A DNA stretch of 62,996 nt, the filler included, from Octopus bimaculoides (Eukaryota): the NCBI RefSeq assembly GCF_001194135.2. It is 4 parts of 3 records of this genome, joined end to end, with 100 filler letters (N's around TTAATTAATTAA, not from the genome) between each part and the next. Parts side by side here need not be neighbours in the genome. Positions count along the whole stretch, not along the records: positions 37,288 to 61,432 come from NC_068981.1; positions 61,533 to 62,996 come from NW_026295520.1; 2 more parts are not named here. The stretch is one strand, 5' to 3'. The notes beneath the pieces are model-generated. The model saw nothing but the letters and a program-made list of their open reading frames with translations. It was not told the DNA's origin and did no database searches. The translations under genes were made by a program, and so were the position numbers. This document shows, piece after piece, positions 50,820 to 62,996 of this stretch (position 1 is its first letter; each line of letters opens with the position of its first letter).

Positions 50820-51070
50820 GGTGGCGAACCTTGCTGTACTCTTTCACCACAACTTTCTCTCACTCTTTCTTCCTGTTTCTGTTGTACCTGTATTTCAAAG
50901 GGCCAGTCTTGTCACACTGTATCACGCTGAATATCCCCGAGAACTACGTTAAGGGTACACGTGTCTATGGAGTGCTCAGCCACTTGCACGTTAATTTCAT
51001 GAACAGGCTGTTCCATTGATTGGCTCAACTGGAACCCTCGACGTCGTAAGCGACGGAGTGCCAACAACAA
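50820..51070 (+). mobile_element. SINE family C 3' part
   Basis: Reverse complement of 19600-19900. Confidence 0.8.
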
Positions 51071-51189
51071 ACATGTTTCAATACTAATAGGAATGATATC
51101 TTTTTAGTAATTCTTCAGACAAAGAATTAAAATAATACAAACTTACACAGGATTGAGCTACAATATATAGAATTGAATATTAACCATAA

Positions 51190-51480
51190 GTCACATTGAG
51201 GAAGATAGACAAGAAATAGTTTTCCGTCTTAATGTCATTCTTGTAAGTCCAATATAGTTCTCTCGACATCCTGAACAAGTTATAACGCAAACTAAATTTT
51301 CGGTTGCACAAGTAAAGCCATTCTTTATTTTGAAACTTTGACCTTGTTTAAAATGGAATTCCGAACCTGCAAGTAAGTTAGGACAAGTTCCACAGTTTGG
51401 TCTCCAACTTTCTCTGACTCTTGATTCCGTTATTGTTGAGTATAGTTTTGTGTCTGTCAATATTCCTTTTAGTGATTTTG
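51190..51480 (-). mobile_element. Penelope-like zinc knuckle plus GIY-YIG fragment
   Basis: RPNCGTC...FTCATENLVCVITCSGCRENYIGLT. Confidence 0.8.
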
Positions 51481-52001
51481 GTTGTTGCTTTTGCTTTTAA
51501 TGATCATATGTACGGAGAGAATTTGATGCTTCTTGCTATCCTTAGCCAGCATTGGTAAATGTTAAGGAATAATGTTATGTCCCATTATTTCTAGAATTAT
51601 GGGTGGAAAAGTTAATTGTATTGCAAAATGGTAAAAATTGATAAATAAAGAAGCTGACAAAAGGGGACACTGTAGAGCTAATTGGCGTAGAATACTACAA
51701 AAATCTAGTGCTGTTCATGCTAGAAAACGATTCGCTCTACGAAGACAGGCTAAAAACTACAAACAGCAGAAAATAAAGAGAACCCTTTCAACCTTATTAC
51801 AGTTACATCGAAAAGGATTGACAGACAAAGAAATTGATTATATAGAGCTTTCCGTAAAAAAAAAAACAACTTTCAGGAATAATAGTGGTTTATTGACGTA
51901 AAAGTGGTGTAAATTTTTCCTGTATCGAAGTTTGAAAAACTGAAAAGATTGTTTTATAACTTATGGTTAGCAGTAGGGATTGCTGGGTATGCGAACAAAA
52001 A

Positions 52002-52221
52002 TCCCAAATTTGGGAATGGAGTAGTTAAAATCCAGGCTACATATGTTTCATAACTAGTAGAACCGCAGAAGTAATTGATCCAAACGAGGGGTAATCCGCT
52101 AGCTACTCGCCGGGCCGTCCCTCAAGAGGATTTCCCCTCGTTTGGATCATTACTACTTTCCAGGCTCTGCTAGTTATGAAACATGTATAGCCTGGGTTTT
52201 ATCTGCTTCATTTCCTTATTT

Positions 52222-52225
<4 letters not shown>
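52002..52225. mobile_element. Foldback MITE with about 95-bp inverted arms and a 30-bp GC-rich loop
   Basis: 52002-52097 is the reverse complement of 52128-52225 (ccaggcta..tgtttcataactag..gatccaaacgagggg). Confidence 0.8.
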
Positions 52226-52278
<53 letters not shown>

Positions 52279-52391
52279 GTATGTATAGTAGAAGACACTT
52301 GCCCAAGATGCCACGCAGTAGGACTGAAACCGGAATCGTGTGGCTGGGAAGCATACTTCTTACCACATACATACATACATACATACATACA

Positions 52392-52424
<33 letters not shown>

Positions 52425-52881
52425 TTACCAACTAAGTGTAGCGTCCTATACGTACATAAATACATGGATGCATACATACATGCATGCATGCATTCATGCA
52501 TGTATGTATGTATGTATTCATGCATGCATGCATACATGCATACACAATACACACATGCATACACACATGCATACATACATACATACATACATACATACAT
52601 ACATACATACATACATGCATGCATGTCCATTGTATAGTTTAAAAAAAACATAAATAACATGATAACATGCAGCTAGTGACTAGATGATATTTACGAACAA
52701 AATGCTAATATGTATACATATGCTTACTCAGAGACTGCTCCATACACAAACAGAATCAGGAAGTCTGTTTTACCTTTTTTAATTTTGCCGACGCGAAAGT
52801 GGTCAATCATAATAAGAAATATCGTGTATGATGTTTAAAGTAAATTTAGTTCAACCATAATATTTATTTTAGCTTCCTGAA

Positions 52882-52995
52882 GTATATGCACTCAAAATAG
52901 ATAGGCAGGACTTATTTTGAAAAGAGAAAACTGTGAATAAGTATATGCAATCAAAACGGATAGGCAGGACTTATTTTGAAAGGAGAAAATGTTTG
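52882..52995. repeat. 59-bp tandem duplication
   Basis: gtatatgca.tcaaaa..gataggcaggacttattttgaaa at 52882 and 52941. Confidence 0.85.
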
Positions 52996-53480
52996 AAGGG
53001 AAACAAATGAAAAGAAATATAAGAAAGAAATGTTTGTGTTATGTGTGGGAGATCAGATTTTGCACTATAAGAATATATATATATATATANNNNNNNNNNN
53101 NNNNNNNNNNNNNNNNNNNNNNNNNNNNNNNNNNNNNNNNNNNNNNNNNNNNNNNNNNNNNNNNNNNNNNNNNNNNNNNNNNNNNNNNNNNNNNNNNNNN
53201 NNNNNNNNNNNNNNNNNNNNNNNNNNNNNNNNNNNNNNNNNNNNNNNNNNNNNNNNNNNNNNNNNNNNNNNNNNNNNNNNNNNNNNNNNNNNNNNNNNNN
53301 NNNNNNNNNNNNNNNNNNNNNNNNNNNNNNNNNNNNNNNNNNNNNNNNNNNNNNNNNNNNNNNNNNNNNNNNNNNNNNNNNNNNNNNNNNNNNNNNNNNN
53401 NNNNNNNNNNNNNNNNNNNNNNNNNNNNNNNNNNNNNNNNNNNNNNNNNNNNNNNNNNNNNNNNNNNNNNNNNNNNNNNN

Positions 53481-53560
<80 letters not shown>

Positions 53561-54823
53561 TTATATGTGTATGAATACATAAAGATATGGAGACAAGAAA
53601 ATAGAGAGGCACATAACTATTTCAGCATTTGTGAGCTTAAAGCAACAAAAATATTTAACTTTTGTTGACCTTATATGTTTAGCAATGTAATGTATTATCA
53701 GAAACTTTGGTCTGTCCAATTAACTTAATGTTGTTGCAGAGAAGTAAATAATTACAGACGACTATGATTGTTAGAAATGTTCATTTCCCGGTTGAAGAAA
53801 GAACTCAGTTGTAGTTGCTGCTTATGTCGGCTTTTAAAATATAGTCTTTACACTATTTGCATATATGCCCCCCGACCAACGATGCAATTCGTTTCTCGGT
53901 GAGCTGAGTATACGACACTGAAGAGCTAAAATGATAGCGAAATAACGGCATCTGCCATTTTTGTTCACCTTCAGGGTGAGTTGTCTCGCCTGGTCAGAGA
54001 TATCAGTGTTCTTTAACACTCGACGTCGTGAAGTGATGTTTCCCAGTACGCTGTCCGTAGCTAAAGGGTGTATAAACAAAATACATACGCTATATAAGTG
54101 TCTAGAATGTGACACAAGTGTATTTATGTATGTCTCTTCTGTTTTTAATCATGTAAATTCTTCCTTTGAAGAAAGAGCTGGTTTCTAACAAAGATACAAA
54201 GCTCTATCATTAGAATGCAGATAACGAAAACAATGTTATATGTTAAACCTGGGAAAAGTCTTGCATAGTGTTACTGTTCTGCTTACAGATTGTATTTGTA
54301 AGGTGCAAATCAGTTGGTTGATTTCTTTTTCTGAAAATCCAAGCTTATTCAAACTGACAGGCATTTACTTACAAAACCAAATCCATCAATTATGATTGGT
54401 ATAAATGTAAATTAGTAATCCGAATATAGAAGCTAGAGGTTTCGAAGCAGCTATCCATAGTTATCTTCTTTCTCTGATTTTCAAATATATTCACATCAGC
54501 AGAACAGTATGTATGTATGTATGTATGTATGTATGTATGTATGTATGTATGTATGTGTGTGTGTCATTATTCAGTTTATTTCAAGATTTCTTGCCAATAG
54601 AGAAAGGACCGGTTTCTAACCTAGATCCAAGGCTCCTTCATTAGAATTTCAACATCAACAACAGGGTATTTTTGTTTGTTTGTTTGTTTGTTTGTTTGCT
54701 TGTATGTATGTATGTATTTATGTATGTATGTATGTATGTATGTATATATGTATGTGCAGATTTGTATATTTTATGTATGTCTTTTTATGCATATAGTTGT
54801 ATGTATGTACGTATGTATGTACG

Positions 54824-54854
<31 letters not shown>

Positions 54855-56019
54855 TTATGTATGTGTGTATGTATTATGTATGTATGTATGCATGTACGTA
54901 CGTACGTATGTTTGTACGTTATATATTTGTGCTTTTGTATGTCCATGTATACATTTATATATGTGTATGTGTGTGCGTATCAGTCAGTTTTAAATATATA
55001 CCAACGGACTTGATTATGTTATCATGGGATTTCATTATTTTTGTTTTTTACTATGAAAACAATTGGTAATTATGCAGTATTATTATCTTAGCTAATAAGT
55101 GATTCTTTCATTGTTCACGATAATAGAAAGTGAAATAAACCCGTAAGATTTATTGAGCTTCAGTGGACAGAACAGTGATAAAATGTAAGCAGAAACTCAT
55201 TGTAAATTACTCGATAATTCAACATAACGCTTTTAGAAAGTGTCCATTTACTACATTTATTAGAACTGAAATAGTAGTAAAGTGACCAAAAATAGAACTT
55301 CCGATTACTCAGAATTGCGATGGCTCGTCGAACTAAATCAAAATTACTGACGTATTTGTTATCTTTGTAGCCTATCAAAGTTATTACGATAAAGTCCTTT
55401 TATTCTCAGACTAACTGTCAAAGTAAATTTTGCTCATGTTATATAAATATGTTTAACAAAAAGTAAAACGTTGTGAATGCACGGTAAAAATTGTTTTTGT
55501 ATTAGTAATGAAAAATATCCTGACGATATGAACAATTGAGTAAATAGGTGGTCAACTTTAGAAATGGTCATAATAATATATCAAATGAGTGAAATATATA
55601 ATGACTAAGTGCAATATTGTTAAGTTTTGTCTAGAATTCATGCTATTTTGTTCTTACAGCAAGTCTTTTAGCACCGCAAATAAAAGAAAAACAAATGAAT
55701 CAACAAAAAGATTTTCATGAAAAGCTGTTTCTAAGCACGTATAAATAATGTTTTATCCATACATACGTCAATTATGATGCTAAAAACAGGTAAAGCAAGT
55801 TCGCTTACAAGCTAACTATAAAGACATTATTTTATTCGCGCAATTCGGTAATTCATGTAAAATAAAATGTGCTATTCACTTAAATCTCAAGTTTTAAAGT
55901 GCCGATCTTTAGCTTCTATGTTTAACATATTCGATTAAATACGTAACATTGTTGTGGTTTAACATCCTAATATATTCCAGAAAATTATCCATTATATCCT
56001 GCAGTAACTCATCATTTTA

Positions 56020-56155
56020 TACTTATTTTATCAAACCCGAAAGGATGAAAAGCAAAGTCAACCTCGGCGGAATTTGAACTCAGCGTAATGACGAGCTAAG
56101 TGCTTCTAAGGATTTTGCCAGGTGTGCTAACGGTTCTGTCAGATCGCCGCCCTAG
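56020..56155 (-). mobile_element. SINE family B 5' part
   Basis: caaagtcaacctcggcggaatttgaactcag...gctaacggttctgtcagatcgcc. Confidence 0.7.
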
Positions 56156-57495
56156 CAACAATCAATATATTATGATCGAAATCTGCTTGAACATGTTGAC
56201 ATGTTTAAAATGAATAAGCACATCGTCATAACGCATGAATAATTGCTAAGAAAGAAAATCAATGGATATTAATACAACAGTTGTACAAGTAATATATTTT
56301 ACGACAAAAAATGAAAATAAAAACAGGAAATTGATTATAAAATTTATAGCCAAAAAAAAGAAAGCACTAAGAGCTTATATTTCTCAAGAGTATAAGATGG
56401 AATGGGATTTTATGTCTGAAAACACTGGGAAGATAACGATCATAAATTCACAACATTACATTATATCAATGTAACTCGCAAAAGGAAATCGTTCTTCCTT
56501 TTCAAGGAGGTTGACACACAACAAAGAATAAGAATGAGAAAATATTACGGGAAAGAATTACAGACAAAATATAAAAAAAGAAAGGAAAAATCTTTTACAC
56601 TGTTAGTACTTTAATCATTGTCCAAACTACTAAATAGTGATCACACCACTGACTCTGTAGGGCGTGGATATATGCACCTATTCATTACCTGGATTATGAT
56701 GCGAATAGCTTAATAAAGTATAGCAAATAATTATGTGAGGAGTAACTAATGTTTCACGGTGACTAACAAAAAACTGGGTATATAAAGAGACATTATCATT
56801 CTGTATACGACGATAAAAGAATGATACAAATATACGAAGTTTCTAAAGCCTCAGAATTACTTCAGCTACGCATAATAAATATTATTTTGATGCGCTGCAT
56901 ACTACGACTCATATTCCATGTTGGTGAATTTTGTATATCTTGTTAAAAATTACAAAGAAATACATATAATGTAAATGAGACGATATGCAGAAACAAAACA
57001 CGTAGATAATATATAGAATACCCTGCACAAATTGGCCATTGTAGTTTGTAAACGCAGTGAAATGGTAAACTAACACGTTACAACATTTAGCGTTGCCTCT
57101 GGGCTTTCTGAGTTGAAAAGTCACCTATATTGGTATTAGCTTACATCTCTTGATAAAATTAAGTATTAATTATTTGTTGATTCGATTCAATTAATTGTAC
57201 TGCCTGTAAAATTTTCCAGGAATCCCAGTAAAAAAAAAGGAGTATATTTCTAAATTTAAAATAACAATGCTTTTTCAAGAATAGTCTTAGGATTATTGGA
57301 ACCAAGCAGAACATGTCCAGTTTCAGCCAGTTTGCTGCATAATGTTTGTGATGAGAAATGAAATGACCATGTGAAGATGATTTTATTATAGCCTTGTATA
57401 TCTATGAGTAATGGTTTTTACCTCCTTCACTGTTCAACCAAAGCATGTAAGTAGCTTAATATATATAGGACATACAATATCAGAAGACGGTACTC

Positions 57496-57590
57496 TAGAG
57501 AAGCAGCCTAGAGAAGCAACCTAGAGAAGCAACCTAGAGAAGCAACCTACAGAAGCAACCTACAGAAGCAACCTACAGAAGCAACCTAGC
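57496..57590. repeat. 13-bp minisatellite (agaagcaaccta[g/c]), about 7 copies
   Basis: Directly visible tandem units. Confidence 0.9.
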
Positions 57591-58300
57591 TTGTACCAAC
57601 GAGTTTATACCGTTAGCGCTTTTCTCAAGAATACTAGTGACGTACGCGAAATAGAAAAGTCAAATTTACAACGTAAAACAGAAACTAGTGACAAACTCTA
57701 CTTACAAATGTTAGATTTTTCCATTTTAGTGTTGCTAGCATGAGTAAATTTCACTTTTAAAAGCTGAACTTGTTTAAATATTCAAGTATATACGTTCTTA
57801 ATGTTTTTTCTTTGTCATTTCAAAATGAAACTGGATATAAAGGTTATGTAATTAAGAATCACATTAGTAGATGTGACTCTAAAATATTTTGACATTTTCA
57901 AACGAATCGTTTCATTTCTAATGTTGTGAAATATATTATTTGTCTGTTTAGATAGAAATTGTCGACCAAGATTTCTTTTTAGTTACACAAGCTAGTTACA
58001 TAAAGACTATTAAAATAATGTGCTTGAAGCATAAGTCAGGAACGAAATTGTAATCATACTTAGGTTGATGATGATGATAAGAATGATGATTGTGTCAATG
58101 ATAATTGATGATAAAGATGCTGTTAATTACAGTGACATATTTGTAATATGCGTTAAAAGTGATTATTACTCATATAAGAATAATCCATTAGTTATTCACT
58201 AAAGCCACAGTATATACAAAAAGGATAACGGCAAAGAACCCCTATAGAAAGGGACAAAATTGCTCCAATATTAAAAAGACTGAGAAATTGTTGAAAAATC

Positions 58301-58370
<70 letters not shown>

Positions 58371-58399
58371 ATAATGATAATAATAATAATAGGTATTTA

Positions 58400-59275
58400 A
58401 GAAAGCTGGAAAATGCCAACAAAAAGTCATACTACCTAACAAACATGAAGAAGAAGAAGAAACAACAACAGCTATAAAACAAATGAAATCCAAACTAAAA
58501 CTAGAACAGCAACGGACCATGATAAAACGATGGCAAGAAAAGCTTCTTCATGGCAAATACTGTGCTAAACTAAACGCAAAAGCAATAGACAGAGAAAAAT
58601 CCCAGCAATGGCTGAGAAGCTCAGGACTCAAAGCAGAGACTGAAGGATTTTTAATTGCTGCACAAGACCAAAGCCTCTCTACCAGAAATTACCAAAAACA
58701 TATAATCAAAAGAAACATAACAAGTAACTGCAGAATTTGTGGAGATGGACAAGAAACAATAAATCATATTATCTCTGGCTGCCCAGTCCTGGCTAAGAAG
58801 GGATATATTCACAGACACGACAATGTTGGGACCTACATACACTGAAAGCTATGCCAACATTATGTTATAACAACAGAAAAGAAATGGTATAAGCACACGC
58901 CAGAAAAGGTCCCAGAAAACGAGAAAGCAACCGTACTCTGGGATATGCCAATACACAAGCCAGATATAGTTGTCAGAGATCATGAAGAAAAAAAATGATT
59001 TCTAATCGATGTATCAATACCAGCAGATGACAACGTTTCCCTAAAAGAAATGGAGAAACTTTCAACATACAAAGACCTGGAAATAGAGGTAACTCGAATG
59101 TGGAATCTAAAAACAGAAACAATTCCTATCATAGTGGGCACATTAGGTATAATAAAAAAATATTCAGACAAATACATAATAAAAACACCAGGACTTACAA
59201 ATATATATAACATACCGAAAATTGTACTACTGGACACTGCGCACATCCTACGCAAAATGCTTTCAATACAATGAA
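58400..59275 (+). mobile_element. R4/Dong-like RLE LINE 3' portion
   Basis: WQEKLLHGKY, SGLKAETEGFLIAAQDQSL, CRICGDGQETINHIISGCPVLA (CCHC), LWDM..KPDIV and IDVSIP..KYKDL..IIVGTLG. Confidence 0.92.
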
Positions 59276-61632
59276 GATTGTGACGATGGTGACGATGATC
59301 ATGATGATGATGACGACAACGACGAAGACTTTGATGAGGATGAAGATGATGATGAAAGTGATGTCTAAGATAATAAGTTATTGCAATTCTTTTAAAGGAT
59401 TTAAGTATATCATTTCAGCGTGCGTTGTTACCGCTTCTTGTTTACACTCTTACAGATTACAATATAGTGTTGTTGCCATTGGTGATGGTGGTGATGATGA
59501 TTATGATGATGATGATGATGATGAGGAGGAGGAGGATTATGAGGATGATATTAATGAAATTAATTGCATTGCTAATATTAATCTTCATCATTGACAACAA
59601 TAGACCTGCACATAAGGCTCACTGCATAATATTTCAAGCATTTCTCTACAATAGGGAACAAAATACAAAATATTTACATGGCAGCGAATTATGAGAAAAA
59701 ATAGGACACTTTTACAAATATCAGTTTTATACTGACAGGTATATATNNNNNNNNNNNNNNNNNNNNNNNNNNNNNNNNNNNNNNNNNNNNNNNNNNNNNN
59801 NNNNNNNNNNNNNNNNNNNNNNNNNNNNNNNNNNNNNNNNNNNNNNNNNNNNNNNNNNNNNNNNNNNNNNNNNNNNNNNNNNNNNNNNNNNNNNNNNNNN
59901 NNNNNNNNNNNNNNNNNNNNNNNNNNNNNNNNNNNNNNNNNNNNNNNNNNNNNNNNNNNNNNNNNNNNNNNNNNNNNNNNNNNNNNNNNNNNNNNNNNNN
60001 NNNNNNNNNNNNNNNNNNNNNNNNNNNNNNNNNNNNNNNNNNNNNNNNNNNNNNNNNNNNNNNNNNNNNNNNNNNNNNNNNNNNNNNNNNNNNNNNNNNN
60101 NNNNNNNNNNNNNNNNNNNNNNNNNNNNNNNNNNNNNNNNNNNNNNNNNNNNNNNNNNNNNNNNNNNNNNNNNNNNNNNNNNNNNNNNNNNNNNNNNNNN
60201 NNNNNNNNNNNNNNNNNNNNNNNNNNNNNNNNNNNNNNNNNNNNNNNNNNNNNNNNNNNNNNNNNNNNNNNNNNNNNNNNNNNNNNNNNNNNNNNNNNNN
60301 NNNNNNNNNNNNNNNNNNNNNNNNNNNNNNNNNNNNNNNNNNNNNNNNNNNNNNNNNNNNNNNNNNNNNNNNNNNNNNNNNNNNNNNNNNNNNNNNNNNN
60401 NNNNNNNNNNNNNNNNNNNNNNNNNNNNNNNNNNNNNNNNNNNNNNNNNNNNNTATATAATTATTTCATCTATCAAAAACAAAATACCTTTTCGCAAAGG
60501 AGTATATGAGGTATCCTATCGATTCTGACACGATGAATATCACATATTTGGACACAGGACAAGAAATAGCAAATTAAAAATCCGTACGCTCTCTAATCTG
60601 GTGTTCTACTGCTAGCTCCACATTTTTGTTCCACCACCAAAATTATAATAACGATAATACGAAGAACAATAAGGATCTTATGATGGAGAAGAATATCATT
60701 CATTTTATTGTTTCTTCTAAATATTTTCTCCAATTTAACGATAGAAGGCTTCTACAGTTTCACCATAAATATTATTAAATTTCCAGATACTATGCTAATC
60801 CTGTTCGCCTGACTCTATGTGTGCCAAATCCGATATTCGAACAAGTGATTTTGTAGTTGCTATTGGATAGTTCTAGGACAAAATTAACGCCTAATGACGG
60901 TCAAGAAAACGAGTACCAGGTTAACAAGTAATACCAATGGCAGAATGGTGGATGATACAGACTTCCTTCATGCTGACTGATTATGTAAGTAAACAGTGAT
61001 TAATTACTAACTGTTATTTAACAAAATTATGAGAGATAATAACCGATCTTGTTAGCTGCAGTGTTTTTGCAAACATCCATGACCAATATATTTTTCACAG
61101 TTGTATGAAGAATACACATACATACATACATACATACATACATACATACATACATACATACATACGTGTGTTGTGTGCGTGCGTGCGTGTGCGTGTGTGT
61201 GCGTGCGTGTGTGTGCGTGCGTGCGCGTGTGTGTATATGTGTGTGTTAGTAATGAAGTAACTAGAAAACAAAATCGAAAGGTTATAGTCATCCAGTTGAA
61301 GAAAATGTACATTAAAATTGGATTGAATTGCTTTTTTTTTTTTATTTGAGGATGTTTTTGGTGTTGGCTTTGTTTTTGTTCAACTTCACGTGATAAAAAA
61401 AATGTATTATTATTATTATTATTATTATTATTNNNNNNNNNNNNNNNNNNNNNNNNNNNNNNNNNNNNNNNNNNNNTTAATTAATTAANNNNNNNNNNNN
61501 NNNNNNNNNNNNNNNNNNNNNNNNNNNNNNNNATAGACATAAACCTCCAGCGTTCATAACGTCTACATATGCACACACACAAACACATATGTATGTACGT
61601 ACTCATGCATACATACATATCTGCACACACAC

Positions 61633-61870
61633 TCACACATTGTGGATCCTAACATGTCTTTTAAGACCCCCATTGGATTTGCAAACCCTCTGGTACACAC
61701 CACATTCAAACGTGTGCACAGACATATAATCAGAATAGCTGGATGAGGTTTGTTTTCCATGGGTTCGCAGGTGAGATTTGAGGCCAGCCAAGGACAGACA
61801 TGGTCTGTCACAGACTGTGCACACAAAAAGGTCCTTGTCATTCACCTTCTCAGTCTTTACATTTTTCCTT
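61633..61870 (-). mobile_element. Two tandem C2H2 fingers, most likely the C-terminus of an RTE-type LINE
   Basis: CTVCDRPCLSLAGLKSHLRTH and CGVYQRVCKSNGGLKRHVRIH match the C..C.R.C.S..GL..H.R.H RTE tail pattern; the second finger has Cys to Tyr; there is no TGEKP linker. Confidence 0.55.
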
Positions 61871-62189
61871 AAATATCTCTGTAATATATATATATATATA
61901 TACCTATATACATACTTATGTACATACTTATATGCATATATATTTAGTATATATTTACAAAATACACAAGACTTTCCACACACACACACTCCCCCTCACA
62001 CACACTCACATGCACACACACACACACACACACACACGCATACACGCATACATATACATATATACATGCACACATATATTCTCTACGTAATCGTTAGGTT
62101 TGCTAGCAACAGTAGCAAGACCTTTCTTGGATCCAAACCTGAAACCACTTACAGAATGGTTGATTCAACATCACTTCAGCAATACTATG

Positions 62190-62500
62190 TGAAGGCGCTT
62201 GGCTTACTGGGTAGTGCACTCAGCTCATGCTCGTAAGGTGGCGAGTTCGATTCCCGGAAGCGCATTATGTCCTTGAGCAAGACATTTTACTTCACATGGT
62301 TCCAGTCTTCTCAGCTGGCAAAAATGAGTTGTACCTGTAATTCAATAGGGCCAGCCTTGTCATATTCTGAATCTCCCTGAGAATACGTTAAGGGTATGTG
62401 TGTCTGTGGAGCACTCAGCCACTTACACAATTTACGAGCAAGCAGTTTTGTTGACCAGATCAACTGGAATGCTCGTCGTCGTAATCGACGGAGTGCCAAC
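62190..62500 (+). mobile_element. tRNA-derived SINE with a family C-type tail
   Basis: ggcgcttggcttactggg...gagttcgattccc head; tail homologous to 50950-51065. Confidence 0.75.
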
Positions 62501-62965
62501 TAACCATTCCCAGAAGAAGCACACTCAGTTTTAAAACAAAAGTAAATAAATATAAAAAAATTACGGAAATTAACGAACTCCGGATGATGAAATCACATTC
62601 AGTTAAAAATATTTCTAAAGGATGAAAATATTGTGTACTTCAAAAAGTCAACGGTTTTTCTTTTTCTTAGAGGGTGTGAAGACAATGTGTGTGTATATGT
62701 CACAGATAGTGAATGTGTGTTTGTGTTGATTGACACGCCATGACATTCATTATATGTGAATGTATTCTGTATGTATGAATGTATGTGTGTTGACATCACG
62801 GAAGCCATGTATATTTTTCATCAAGAAATAACAAAAATTGTGTTTAATCATTTAAATAGAGGTTCAAATGTCACAAAATGTTGTACTGCACTGCCAAAGG
62901 TATGAAAATAAATATGTAAAAAAAAAATAAGATAAAATATAGTATTTCTGAGATATTTCAGTTAC

Positions 62966-62996
<31 letters not shown>

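Larger units (their letters stand above)
1220..62996. repeat. Pervasive microsatellites (TA)n, (CA)n, (TATG)n, (AAT)n, (AGT)n and (GAT)n; most N-gaps are bordered by them
   Basis: Visible throughout; they account for most of the long ORFs in the track. Confidence 0.98.

Noticed and set aside
57496-57590. Regularly spaced short repeats checked as a possible CRISPR array
   Set aside because: Head-to-tail units without unique spacers in an animal genome: a minisatellite.

Overview
AT-rich, microsatellite-dense, gapped animal genomic DNA. The SINE families, mariner/Penelope/RLE-LINE content and (TA)n/(CA)n/(TATG)n density point to an octopus (inference). Almost every ORF in the supplied track is a microsatellite or N-gap artefact. 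The real coding content is a minus-strand gene with nine short exons between 27336 and 1460, traced here by hand. All have AG/GT boundaries and compatible phases, and they splice into one stop-free frame of 228 codons of integrin-beta-type cysteine-rich (I-EGF) modules. The exons form a repeating five-exon unit (110/87/38/70/82 nt, then 110/84/38/67 nt, running off the left edge). Each unit encodes three I-EGF modules with an 8-6-6 cysteine pattern. At least six modules lie in tandem, more than the four in a canonical integrin beta leg, and no beta-tail follows the I-EGF4-like module. The 5' end is unresolved; there is a candidate signal-peptide exon near 30.0 kb, where CpG decay also fades. 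The remainder is decayed transposons: mariners, Penelope-like elements with hammerhead-ribozyme motifs, R4/Dong-like and RTE LINEs, hAT/piggyBac/Kolobok-type MITEs, tRNA-derived SINEs and several long foldback elements.
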